A stretch of DNA of 64,000 nt from Gammaproteobacteria bacterium (GCA_965221955.1 CBDCTA010000029.1:96001-160000); one strand, 5' to 3'; positions 31,798-40,814 are shown, counted from the stretch's first letter. Notes: generated by a model from the sequence alone, not told the origin. Made by a program: numbers and translations.

Positions 31798-32616
31798 CTA
31801 AAGCATTTCTCGTAGAGCCTGTTGTAAACCGCCTATATAATTATTTATGGAAAACAAAAATCCATTACCATGTCCACCCTGTAACTCTATAAATTTTTTT
31901 GGTTCATTTGCGATTGTAAAGTTGCGTTGACTATGCTCGTAGGGGATTACTTCATCACTTTTACTATGTGCGATTACAATTGGGCAGTGAATATCTTTTA
32001 ATTTATAAAATGTTTCATATTCATGCTTAACAATTAAACTTGTGGGCATGAAAGGATAATGTTTTGCAGATACTTCAGTCATCGAAGTAAAAGTAGACTC
32101 TAGAATTAACATCGCAGGTTGCACTTCTTTGGCTAATTCTGCTGCTACACCTCCTCCAAGAGAACGTCCTGCAATAATGATTTGGTCAGGACGTAAATTT
32201 TTTTCCTCAATTAAGTATTGCCAAGCGGTATCCGCATCAAGATATGTGCCTTGTTCGCTTGGTTTGCCAGTACTTTTTCCAAAACCACGATAATCAAAGA
32301 TTAAAAAATTTAAACCCAAGTGGTTGAAAATTTTTATTGTTTCTAAACGATGTGAAATATTACCCGCATTGCCATGTAAAAATAATACTGTTAAAGATGT
32401 TTCAGTAGATGCAGGAATGTACCAAGCATGAATTTTTTCTTTATCAGACGTTATTAAGTTTAGATTCTCATAATTAAGTCCAATATCACTAGGGCTGGCT
32501 ACAATGTCTCGAGTTGGCATATGTGGTGCATAGATAAACATCGCCTGAGCAAAATAAATTGCTATCATTGCAGCCAAGTAAAATAACGTGATGGCTAAAA
32601 ATAATTTAATAAACAT
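31798..32616 (-). CDS. Alpha/beta hydrolase
   Basis: HGNAGN, DYRGFG and GRSLGG nucleophile elbow. Confidence 0.9.
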   Translation of the reverse strand: MFIKLFLAITLFYLAAMIAIYFAQAMFIYAPHMPTRDIVASPSDIGLNYENLNLITSDKEKIHAWYIPASTETSLTVLFLHGNAGNISHRLETIKIFNHLGLNFLIFDYRGFGKSTGKPSEQGTYLDADTAWQYLIEEKNLRPDQIIIAGRSLGGGVAAELAKEVQPAMLILESTFTSMTEVSAKHYPFMPTSLIVKHEYETFYKLKDIHCPIVIAHSKSDEVIPYEHSQRNFTIANEPKKFIELQGGHGNGFLFSINNYIGGLQQALREML

Positions 32617-32753
32617 AAAAATATATATGTTATTTCATCGTATACACAATTATTTGCTATAGTTGAAAAATTGCAAAACAGGATAGTTTGTTAAGTATTC
32701 CTTAGCTTTATGACCGGATTTTATAGTATTAGCCAATAGAGAATAGCGAATTA

Positions 32754-33344
32754 GTGGATATTAAAGACAGAGTTAGAGAAATTTTTGCACAAGAGGCAAA
32801 AGCAATTTCATCCATACCAGTGAATGATGAATTTGAGCGTGCAGTGCATATTCTTCAGGGTTGTAAAGGCAAGGTGCTCACTACGGGTATGGGTAAAGCG
32901 GGCCATATTGCGCATAAGTTTTCTGCAACATTATGCTCCACTGGAACCCCAGCATCATTTCTTCATCCTGGCGAAGCTGCGCATGGAGATTTAGGTCTAA
33001 TTGAAGAGAATGATGCCATTGTAGCGTTTTCTACCAGCGGTAAAACGAAAGAAGTTTTAGATACTCTAGCTGCAGGACGTGGATTGGGTCTGCATACTGT
33101 AATAGGAATTACTTCACATCCCGATTCTGAATTACGTGAGCTCAGTGATGTCGTATTGGATATGGGCATTATAAAAGAGGCTTGCCAAACAGGTCTTACA
33201 CCGACTTCAAGTATGGCAGTGATGTTAGCGATGAGTGATGCACTTGCTTTACTGCTAATGGAACTGAAAGGCTTCAGCGCGGAAGACTTTGGAAAGCGCC
33301 ATCATGGTGGATATTTAGGTAAAAAAGCACGCGCAAGTAGCTAA
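32754..33344 (+). CDS. SIS-domain sugar-phosphate isomerase (KpsF/GutQ-like, no CBS domains)
   Basis: GMGKAGHIA, STGTP, HGDLG and PTSS. Confidence 0.88.
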   Translation: MDIKDRVREIFAQEAKAISSIPVNDEFERAVHILQGCKGKVLTTGMGKAGHIAHKFSATLCSTGTPASFLHPGEAAHGDLGLIEENDAIVAFSTSGKTKEVLDTLAAGRGLGLHTVIGITSHPDSELRELSDVVLDMGIIKEACQTGLTPTSSMAVMLAMSDALALLLMELKGFSAEDFGKRHHGGYLGKKARASS

Positions 33345-33426
33345 ATTTGTGTATTCCCATCATCATAATTACTGATGATTATTCATGCTAGGATATTCTT
33401 GTCATGAGTATCGTTAGCAATCGCTG

Positions 33427-34011
33427 ATGAGGTGGGTGTTTATCATGTTGCATAGAATTCTTTTACTAATCATTTTAATTGCACTATCTAGTTTTTCGGT
33501 TTCGTTTGCAGCTGATGCAAATAAAGTAGTCATTTCGCAAACGGCTACATGTGCTGACCAAGAACTACAATTGAATGGTTTTGGTATACGAAAAAAACTA
33601 TTCATCAAGCTTTATACCGCGTCATTATATGTGCAAGAAAAAACAACGGATGCGAGCCATTTTCTTCAAATGTCCCAAGCTTCATGTATGCGCTTATATA
33701 TTACTTCTTCAAAAATCACATCGAAGAAAATGATCAAAGCCACGCGAGAAGGTTTTGAAAGCTCAACACAGGGCAATACAGCACCAATAGAAGCTGAAAT
33801 CGAAACATTTTTGTCATGGCTTAAGCAACCAATTAAAAAAGGGGACGTATTTGAATTTGCCTTTATTCCACATAATGTCACACATGTTTTAAAAAACGGT
33901 GATGAGCTTGGAGTGATTGAAAACAAAGCGTTTTCTTCTGCGTTATTTGGTATTTGGTTAGGCGATGTGCCAGTACAGCAGAACTTAAAAAATGAGTTAT
34001 TAGGGAAATAG
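33427..34011 (+). CDS. Chalcone isomerase family protein
   Basis: LNGFGIRKKLFIKLY and LFGIWLGD.P. Confidence 0.85.
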   Translation: MRWVFIMLHRILLLIILIALSSFSVSFAADANKVVISQTATCADQELQLNGFGIRKKLFIKLYTASLYVQEKTTDASHFLQMSQASCMRLYITSSKITSKKMIKATREGFESSTQGNTAPIEAEIETFLSWLKQPIKKGDVFEFAFIPHNVTHVLKNGDELGVIENKAFSSALFGIWLGDVPVQQNLKNELLGK

Positions 34012-34038
34012 CGCAAAGCGTAAGTGTGCTCGAGATAA

Positions 34039-34962
34039 ATGCCAAACACGATTGCACATTTTGCTATAAATGGTCTATCCACGAGGACAGTTTTTACACA
34101 TGCAGATTTTAAATGGATTTATCTAGCTTGTGTAATTCCTGATTTACCTTGGATAGTGCAACGTATTATTAAAAAGTTACCTCTCTCCATAGACTTATAT
34201 GATCTGCGTGCGTACTGCATTACACAATCATCACTTTTATTTTGCATTTTGCTATGCATGAGCTTTTCTATGTTGGCCAAACAACGTAGTAAAGTTTTTA
34301 TTATTTTGTTGATTGGGTCTTTGTTGCATTTATTATTAGATGCGACACAAATCAAATGGGCCAATGGTGCGCAATTATTGGCTCCAGTAAATTGGGAGTT
34401 ACTAAGGTTTGATCTCTTTTGGCCAGAGAGTTTTGCAACTTATGTCTTAACTATTTTAGGTTTGATTTATTTTATTTTTAATTTCAAAAAGTCAATTCAA
34501 GCAAATTGCGAAGAATTTAATATATCGATCAAAACTATTGTTTTGAGTGCCGTTTTGCTATCCGCTTGGTTAATGTCGCCAGTTGTTTTTACTCAATCTG
34601 TATATGCTGCGGACAATCACTTCATCGCAACATTAAAAGATTTGGAAAATAGAACAGGAAAAAAGATTGAAATTGATAGAAATATATATTTACAAACTTA
34701 TAACGAGCATAAAATTAAAACTTCGTACGGTGAAATCATAAACTTGCAAGGTTTTGATGCTGAAGTAGAGAGTAGTTCACTGATTTCACTACAAGGAATA
34801 TTTACTGACAATCACACCATTCAAGTTGAGCGGTATCATGTACATACTCGATTTAGAGATTTTGCTTCCATGTTTGGATTAGCTTGTGTTTTGTTCGTTT
34901 GGTTATTTTTTGTGGGGCGCTGTATGACGTTAAAATTACGCCCCAATAAGCTAGATATTTGA
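34039..34962 (+). CDS. Membrane-bound metal-dependent hydrolase-like protein
   Basis: MPNTIAH, IPDLPW and HLLLD. Confidence 0.7.
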   Translation: MPNTIAHFAINGLSTRTVFTHADFKWIYLACVIPDLPWIVQRIIKKLPLSIDLYDLRAYCITQSSLLFCILLCMSFSMLAKQRSKVFIILLIGSLLHLLLDATQIKWANGAQLLAPVNWELLRFDLFWPESFATYVLTILGLIYFIFNFKKSIQANCEEFNISIKTIVLSAVLLSAWLMSPVVFTQSVYAADNHFIATLKDLENRTGKKIEIDRNIYLQTYNEHKIKTSYGEIINLQGFDAEVESSSLISLQGIFTDNHTIQVERYHVHTRFRDFASMFGLACVLFVWLFFVGRCMTLKLRPNKLDI

Positions 34963-34964
34963 AG

Positions 34965-35455
34965 ATGAAACGTGTATTAACTTTAGTGCGCCATGCTAAG
35001 TCAAGCTGGAACGATGCGAACTTGAGCGATTTCGAGCGGCCTTTAAATAGCCGAGGGTTAAAAAATGCGCCAGAGATGGGTAAGCGCCTTGCTGATGAAA
35101 ATTATTTGGTGGACAGTATTATTTCAAGCCCTGCTGTGAGAGCGATTACCACTGCAGAATTTATTGCAAGTGAAATTGAATTTAATATTCAAAAGTTGAT
35201 CGTAATGAAAAAATTTATGAAGCAAGTTTGAATACATTAATAGACCTGGTTGCAGGTTTGGACGATAATTTACATCGTGTGATGTTAGTTGGTCATAATC
35301 CAGGCTTTACGGTTTTATGCAACTATCTATCTAACGCTGAAATAGATAATATGCCGACCTGCGCAATTGCACAGATTCAGTTTGATATAAATAGTTGGGA
35401 ATCCATAACAGAACATTCAGGTAAGCTTTTGGATTTTGATTATCCAAAAAAATAA
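34965..35455 (+). pseudogene. sixA: SixA-like histidine phosphatase split by a 1-bp frameshift (possibly a sequencing error)
   Basis: RHAKS..RPLN in 34959..35231 and MLVGHNPG in 35228..35455; adding one A to the A run near 35191 joins them. Confidence 0.8.
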
Positions 35456-35485
35456 CAATAAGTATGAATAAGAAAATTATAAAAA

Positions 35486-36220
35486 ATGCCTCGACCTACC
35501 AAAGCAAAATTTACTGAATTTAATTTACCTGCTGGTCGCATTATTGCAAAGAAGTATGAGGTGCTTTCTAAGCTAGGTGGCGGGTTTGAAGGTGAAGTGT
35601 ATAAAATACGTGAAATTAGCACAGGGATTGAGCGCGCAGCCAAATTATTTTATCCCAATCGCAATGAAAAGGATCGAGCGGTAAAGTTTAATGCACAAAA
35701 GCTGCATAAACTCAGACAATGTCCAATACTGATTCAGTACCACACAAAAGAGAATTTTGTTTTTAAAAGAACTCCAGTTACGGTTCTAATATCAGAATAT
35801 GTTGAGGGACAACTGCTTTCTGAATTTATTAAAAGCTTTCCTGGTAAACGTCTTACCCCTTATCAAGCATTGCATTTGCTCTATGCATTAACTCAAGGTA
35901 TCGAGTGCATACATAGCCTGAATGAATATCACGGAGATTTGCATTCCGATAATGTCATCGTCAATAAATTTGGCTTAGAATTTGATTTGAAATTAGTTGA
36001 TTTGTTTTCTGCAAAAGAACCTAAACATGAAAGCCGTAGATTTGATATTTTAACTTTGATTCAAGTGTTTCATGAGTCATTAGGTGGAGCTAAGCACTAT
36101 GCAAAGCATCCTGATCCAATCAAGTATATTTGCTGTGGCCTAAAATCAAATTTAATTTTAAAAAAATTTAAAACTGCAGGCCAATTACGAAGACATATTG
36201 AAAGCATGGAATGGTCATGA
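35486..36220 (+). CDS. Compact Ser/Thr protein kinase-like protein
   Basis: LGGGFEGEVY, AAK and HGDLHSDN. Confidence 0.8.
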   Translation: MPRPTKAKFTEFNLPAGRIIAKKYEVLSKLGGGFEGEVYKIREISTGIERAAKLFYPNRNEKDRAVKFNAQKLHKLRQCPILIQYHTKENFVFKRTPVTVLISEYVEGQLLSEFIKSFPGKRLTPYQALHLLYALTQGIECIHSLNEYHGDLHSDNVIVNKFGLEFDLKLVDLFSAKEPKHESRRFDILTLIQVFHESLGGAKHYAKHPDPIKYICCGLKSNLILKKFKTAGQLRRHIESMEWS

Positions 36221-36255
36221 ATTTTGCGAAAAAATTAGAAATACCTAATTTCAAT

Positions 36256-36377
36256 ATGTCCGCTTACGACCCAAAGTGTGAGTCCATGGATGGGCGAATA
36301 TGAGGTGCAACAAGGATGTTGCTTCAGATTCAATATTTCTTTTATTAGAATGTCCGCTTACGACCCAAAGCGGACAT
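36256..36377 (+). repeat. Array start: truncated B (36256-36276), leader L2 (36279-36330), full B (36350-36377)
   Basis: ATGTCCGCTTACGACCCAAAG; TGAGTCCATGGATGGGCGAATATGAGGTGCAACAAGGATGTTGC; ATGTCCGCTTACGACCCAAAGCGGACAT. Confidence 0.88.
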
Positions 36378-36461
36378 TAAGTCTTACAATATTTCATGTT
36401 ATTACATAGTAATATTTTCTAACGCTTTAACCTTCTTGCTTCTCCATCTACTTCATTTATA

Positions 36462-36475
36462 TTGATGTATATCAA
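36462..36475 (+). promoter_or_regulatory. Canonical FNR box
   Basis: TTGATGTATATCAA, a perfect TTGAT-N4-ATCAA, with a TATAAG -10-like hexamer at class II spacing. Confidence 0.75.
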
Positions 36476-36547
36476 TAGACATCAGGTTTAACGTGTTATA
36501 AGAATTTAAGCATCAAGGGATAAGGGGATTGTTTATGGAGAGCAACT

Positions 36548-36807
36548 ATGAAACTCAATCCAATTATTCTGGGAATCTCGAGCGCAATCACAACCGCAAT
36601 TTTATGGGTCATCTGTAGTTTACTCGTTGTCACCTTACCAGGGTTCATGATGAAATGACAGCAGGGATGATGCATAGTGACATTACTACAATGAATTTCA
36701 CACTAACTTGGCCAGGGTTTATTTGGGGTCTTGTAGCTTGGGTTGTATGCGCAGGTATAGCTGGTTGGTTAATTGCAATAATTTATAATCGATTGTTACC
36801 AAAATAA
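36548..36807 (+). pseudogene. DUF5676-like small membrane protein with 1-bp frameshift
   Basis: MKLNPIILG..LWVICSLLV..PGFMMK, then MTAGMMH..LTWPGFIWGL..YNRL in a shifted frame; one A missing at ~36655. Confidence 0.65.
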
Positions 36808-36899
36808 CGATGTGATCAAGAGATTGTAAATCTGGATGTCTAGTTTTATTTTATGTGTTTGATGTTAATTTCAAATTTAGTATTAAGGAGAATACTGTA

Positions 36900-37037
36900 A
36901 TGCACGGTGATGGTGGATTTTTCACGCATTGGGGATTTGGGTTTGGTCATTGGTTTCTTGGTGTTTTGCTATGGTTTATTGTCATACTTGTAGTTGTACT
37001 TTTAATAAGAACGGTATTTAAGACTGATAAACATTAA
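36900..37037 (+). CDS. Small single-TM protein (45 aa)
   Basis: AAGGAG RBS; MHGDGGFFTHWGFGFGHWFLGVLLWF. Confidence 0.6.
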   Translation: MHGDGGFFTHWGFGFGHWFLGVLLWFIVILVVVLLIRTVFKTDKH

Positions 37038-37059
37038 GTAGGCTATCAAAAACATACTC

Positions 37060-37575
37060 ATGAGAATCCCTGAGAAAAATGTAAATAAAACTGCATGGTA
37101 TTTACGTCCATTTTTTTGGAATCAACGTAGAAAATATGGGCAAGTGCTAACCCCAGCGCTGCTTTGGGCAAGGGTGCCTAAGCTTTTTATGGCAGTAGCC
37201 ATTTTATATGGTGAATTGCTATAAAAAACAGTCCATTAGACCCTGTCTGCGTTCTTTGGTAATTCACAAATAAATTGGTGTCACTGTTGAGCTTAATTCC
37301 GCCACATTAGCAGAAGCGAGCTGGTTCGAAAATATTCAGAAGCCATTGGAAAGAAAGTGAACTGTTTAATGACAAAGAAAAATGGTAAATGGAATAATGT
37401 AGAAGCGATTACATATTCATCAACAATAGTGCTTGAATTAACGAAACCGTCTGCTAGAGTTCTTCAGTGAAGATGCGGTAGTGGAGCTCACTGGCTCATC
37501 GCCTTTCAAAGTCTATCTAGTAAATTTACATTCGCTCAGGGGTTTTGTAAGCTTCCTCAAGAAAAAGTTCGGTAA
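37060..37575 (+). pseudogene. Carboxymuconolactone decarboxylase/AhpD-like gene remnant
   Basis: MRIPEK..WYLRPFFWNQRRKYGQVL.PALLWARVP, then fragments SQINWC, EDAVVELT and QGFC in shifting frames. Confidence 0.7.
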
Positions 37576-37618
37576 ATAAAAGCTGCAAATAACTAGTTCA
37601 CTTCATAGATTAGATTGA

Positions 37619-37712
37619 ATGTCCGCTATTGCCGAAAACTCAAACTTAAAGGGGAATTTAAGGTTGGATCTCAAAATAACTAATATGACTGCTTACGACC
37701 CAAAGCGGGGAT
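37619..37712 (+). repeat. Degenerate A-spacer-B junction
   Basis: ATGTCCGCTATTGCCGAAA..AGGTTGGATCTCAA..ATGACTGCTTACGACCCAAAGCGGGGAT. Confidence 0.85.
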
Positions 37713-37959
37713 TTAATTTCTTAATTTCTCAAGTTTTCCTGTTCTTGTTTATTCATACGATTTTAATGGAAATAAACTTGGTGATACATGTGAAAAAGCT
37801 ATTAGGATGAATTAAATTCTGGGCTTCTCAGCTTCCTAGTTATGAGAACTATCTTGGTAGAGCCATCAGGCATGTATTTTTTAACTATGAGGGCCTTGAA
37901 ACATAGCTAGATACGATTGTATAAAAACGTAATTAAGCGCCAAGATTTAACATTTTATT

Positions 37960-38247
37960 TTGATTCATTTGGCTGCCCTACCACATTTTGAAAGCTATAA
38001 AATTTCCGAGAGAATAAATAGGAAAGTTTATGATAGTCAGGAGCAAACCGATAACTTGAACAGAGATATACTTGATATGTTAGCTCCCGTAAGACGTTGG
38101 AGTATATGGGTAGAAGAAAAAGATAAAACAGATTTAATTTTATTTAGATATGAAGGTATGTGGAGACTTTTTTTGAGAACAAAAATTACATATCCACAAA
38201 TGGAAAAATCAAGGGAGCTATCGCTGGTAGTAGGTTTAGACCTTTAA
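37960..38247 (+). CDS. Hypothetical cargo ORF or remnant
   Basis: 95-aa ORF ending 19 bp before an A palindrome; the upstream part looks disrupted. Confidence 0.35.
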   Translation: MIHLAALPHFESYKISERINRKVYDSQEQTDNLNRDILDMLAPVRRWSIWVEEKDKTDLILFRYEGMWRLFLRTKITYPQMEKSRELSLVVGLDL

Positions 38248-38266
38248 TATGTAACAACATAATGAA

Positions 38267-38367
38267 ATGTCCGCTATTGGCCGTAAGCGGACAAAAAAAG
38301 GGACGCAATGTGTTGGAATCAATAAATTACAAACATAAAATGTCTGCTAACGACCCAAAGCGGACAT
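38267..38367 (+). repeat. 101-bp A-spacer-B junction with IHF consensus
   Basis: A 38267-38294; AATCAATAAATTA (WATCAA-N4-TTR) 38317-38329; B 38340-38367. Confidence 0.92.
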
Positions 38368-38389
38368 TAGGTATATTTAAAAAATTATC

Positions 38390-38725
38390 ATGAGCATCTT
38401 AATAGTACGTATAACCTGCTTTTTTTGGGCGATTGCTTGTTTAGTAATTTTAGTTTTATCTTACGGGTCAACTCCAGTCACTAAACTTTCTACTGAAATG
38501 GCAATGACTGCAATTGAAGAAAAGTATATAAATTTTGCATCTATGTCCGATAAACAGCGAGAAAATTATAATTTTCTTTCAAATTGGGTGCGTGGGAATG
38601 ATAAAGGTTTTAAAAATTCCTCAATGTTTCGTCATAAACTTATCTTGATTGTGACTCTAGGTTCATTATTGATTTGCTTTTATATTGCTTTTTTCATGCG
38701 AAATTCAAACAAAGCTAATAATTAA
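38390..38725 (+). CDS. Two-TM hypothetical protein (cassette cargo)
   Basis: 111 aa; starts 22 bp after B and ends 15 bp before A. Confidence 0.7.
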   Translation: MSILIVRITCFFWAIACLVILVLSYGSTPVTKLSTEMAMTAIEEKYINFASMSDKQRENYNFLSNWVRGNDKGFKNSSMFRHKLILIVTLGSLLICFYIAFFMRNSNKANN

Positions 38726-38740
38726 AATTAATTGAATTAG

Positions 38741-38841
38741 ATGTCCGCTATTGGCCGAAAGCAGTCATAAATTGAGACGAACGAGGTTGGATTCAATGCT
38801 TTATACGTTCAAAATGTCAGCTAACGACACAAAGCGGACAT
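38741..38841 (+). repeat. 101-bp A-spacer-B junction
   Basis: ATGTCCGCTATTGGCCGAAAGCAGTCAT..AGGTTGGATTCAATGCTTTA..ATGTCAGCTAACGACACAAAGCGGACAT. Confidence 0.92.
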
Positions 38842-38872
38842 TGACGTTTTTCGACATAAGATTTTAATCTTT

Positions 38873-39421
38873 GTGTTAATGAGCAAGATTATTTCTATAT
38901 GTATTTTGATTTACCTGCTTACAGGTTGCACAGTACCGTGGTCATTTGATGCATCTGATAAACCATATGCTAAAAATATGACAAATCAATGTTATCAATT
39001 AACTAATGATGCTTTTCTAATACAACCGTGTGAACCGCACCCCTCCATAGCAGATTCAACATTGATAGATCCAGAAGGTTTTGAGCCACACTGCACTCCA
39101 CCAAATATAAGTGTTTATAATAAAGACCCTAGTAAGTGGAATAATATTTGTGATGAGTCTAAACGAACTTTATGGACAATAGGTTGCCGTTACAGAGTTT
39201 CAATGGCTCTTCCTAAGGGCTCAAAATTTAAAGTTACTAGAATAATTAATATGACGGGTGGAGGTCCTAGATTTTGGAAAGTAAGTGCTACCTTAGTAAA
39301 TTCTAAAGATGAATTTGAAATTTTTGGTTCATGGCTAAATCCAAGATTTTTTGCCTCAATTAATCCCAAACAAAATTTAGAAATTCTTAATAAATATGCT
39401 AAAGCCTGTACAAACTACTGA
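38873..39421 (+). CDS. Cys-rich putative lipoprotein (cassette cargo)
   Basis: Lipobox LLTGC; stop codon overlaps the next A palindrome. Confidence 0.75.
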   Translation: MLMSKIISICILIYLLTGCTVPWSFDASDKPYAKNMTNQCYQLTNDAFLIQPCEPHPSIADSTLIDPEGFEPHCTPPNISVYNKDPSKWNNICDESKRTLWTIGCRYRVSMALPKGSKFKVTRIINMTGGGPRFWKVSATLVNSKDEFEIFGSWLNPRFFASINPKQNLEILNKYAKACTNY

Positions 39422-39518
39422 TCGCTATTGACCGAAAGCGGACATAAAATAGGATCAAATAGGTTGGATTCAATCTCATACAAGAGGAAAATGTCTGCTT
39501 ACGACCCAAAGCGGACAT
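39418..39518 (+). repeat. 101-bp A-spacer-B junction
   Basis: CTGATCGCTATTGACCGAAAGCGGACAT..AGGTTGGATTCAAT..ATGTCTGCTTACGACCCAAAGCGGACAT. Confidence 0.92.
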
Positions 39519-39629
39519 TCAAATTAGCTAAAATTTGCTCTTTGTCAATTTTAAGAGACAATATGATCCTATTATTATAGTTATGTGGCCTTCAATTTTG
39601 AGCGGCCGATAACTAAAGGAGGTGCTAAG

Positions 39630-40012
39630 ATGAAACTTAAAATCATTTTGGTCATCAACGCTATTGTCGTAGCAATATTTGGAATTGCATTAGTGCTTAT
39701 ACCAGCACAGCTTCTGTCCTTGTATGGCATCACGGTGGACACCCATTAAAATATATGGCGCAGCTATTTGGGGCTGCTCTTATTGGATTTGCCGTGTTGA
39801 CCTGGTCGGCCAGAAACTCCAGTGATTCCGGTGCGCGTAGGGCAATTATCCTTGCATTATTTGTGACCGCTGCAATCGGCTGTATTGTGGCTGTACTTGG
39901 TGCACTTGCAGGATTTATGAATCCTCTTAGCTGGTCAACAGTAGCAATTTACTTGTTTTTTGCAGCAGTCTTTGGATATTTTCAATTTGCTCGACCAACA
40001 ACTTCGTCGTGA
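39630..40012 (+). pseudogene. Four-TM membrane protein with 1-bp frameshift (cassette cargo)
   Basis: AAGGAGG RBS, MKLKIILVINAIVVAIFG..LYGITVDT, then MAQLFGAALIG; one C missing in the C run near 39743. Confidence 0.65.
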
Positions 40013-40105
40013 TGAGATACTCAGTTTAAAAAGCACAGAGCTACAATAACATCAATTACGAAAAATGAGGTCCTAGCGGATGCTTAAATGACACGTATCA
40101 ATTAG

Positions 40106-40133
40106 GCATCCGCTATTGGCCGAATAGCAGACA
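40106..40133 (+). repeat. Type A palindrome (degenerate)
   Basis: GCATCCGCTATTGGCCGAATAGCAGACA. Confidence 0.8.
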
Positions 40134-40389
40134 AAATAGCATAATATTTTCGATTTATGTTTGCGGATTGTGGGGGCAGAGCATCCCACGAATTTGTACT
40201 TGCTTTTCTGCGTTTCCTCAATCCATGCGATCTCAACGCACTCATATTATTTGCTTTGGGTAATGTTCTGTTTCAGTCCCTCGAAATCGAACTTAGTTCC
40301 GTTTACCCCACGCACCGACTACTCTAGTAAGACATTTAAAATTGCAAAAGGTTTAGTGTATTTATTTTCTTTGAGTACAGTAATATTGC

Positions 40390-40417
40390 ATGTCCGCTTA
40401 TGGCCGAAAGCGAACCT
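40390..40417 (+). repeat. Type A palindrome, array end
   Basis: ATGTCCGCTTATGGCCGAAAGCGAACCT. Confidence 0.8.
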
Positions 40418-40437
40418 TTTGATCCTGAGTTATATAG

Positions 40438-40776
40438 CTATCCAGTGCTCCACGATCTTGGTCTTTTCATTCCTGCAATTTTGCAAGCTTGTTTGACGTA
40501 CCCATATGGAAATAATTTAAATAACTGTTTTTTTGCTTGCTTTCCATAACTAAGCTCATCAGAAATATATTTAATTACGTAGCGAGAGTCTGGAGCGGTT
40601 AAGTGATCATTGTAATAATCACGCATGAATTGAATGATTTTCCAATGCTCAGGTGAAAGATCTAGCTCTTCCTTGCTAGCAAGAACTCTAGCGTATGCCT
40701 CATTCCACTCTTCTGGGTCAATTAGATAGCCTTCATTATCAATGTTAATAGGCATTGAGGATATCTGCTGAGACAT
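40438..40776 (-). CDS. TusE/DsrC family protein lacking the C-terminal Cys
   Basis: DNEGYLIDPEEWNE, EHWKII and LFPYG..QACKIAGMKRPRSWSTG. Confidence 0.9.
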   Translation of the reverse strand: MSQQISSMPINIDNEGYLIDPEEWNEAYARVLASKEELDLSPEHWKIIQFMRDYYNDHLTAPDSRYVIKYISDELSYGKQAKKQLFKLFPYGYVKQACKIAGMKRPRSWSTG

Positions 40777-40814
40777 TTGAAATGCCTTTGGCTGGGATTA
40801 GTTAGAATTTAAAG

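Noticed and set aside
34965-35455. Programmed frameshift in sixA
   Set aside because: No slippery heptamer or stimulatory structure seen; a homopolymer indel (error or mutation) is simpler.
38267-38367. XerCD dif/pdif sites, or plain terminators
   Set aside because: The length fits dif but the arms do not match XerC or XerD consensus. There are no U tracts, and B sits upstream of genes.
37619-38393. ORFs 37619..37810 and 38160..38393
   Set aside because: They translate through the palindromes (MSAIAEN, MTAYDPKR, MSANDPKRT) and are probably artefacts of the ATG in the repeat arm.
36256-40417. CRISPR array
   Set aside because: The repeats alternate between two types, intervals are 45 bp or 250-1250 bp and contain genes, and there are no cas genes in the window.
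36256-40417. Classical integron or CALIN attC array
   Set aside because: The junctions lack RYYYAAC/GTTRRRY ends and the single long attC hairpin, and no intI is present. Not tested with a covariance model.
40161-40496. 111-aa plus-strand ORF
   Set aside because: It runs through an A palindrome and overlaps the convergent DsrC-family gene; no recognisable motif or RBS.
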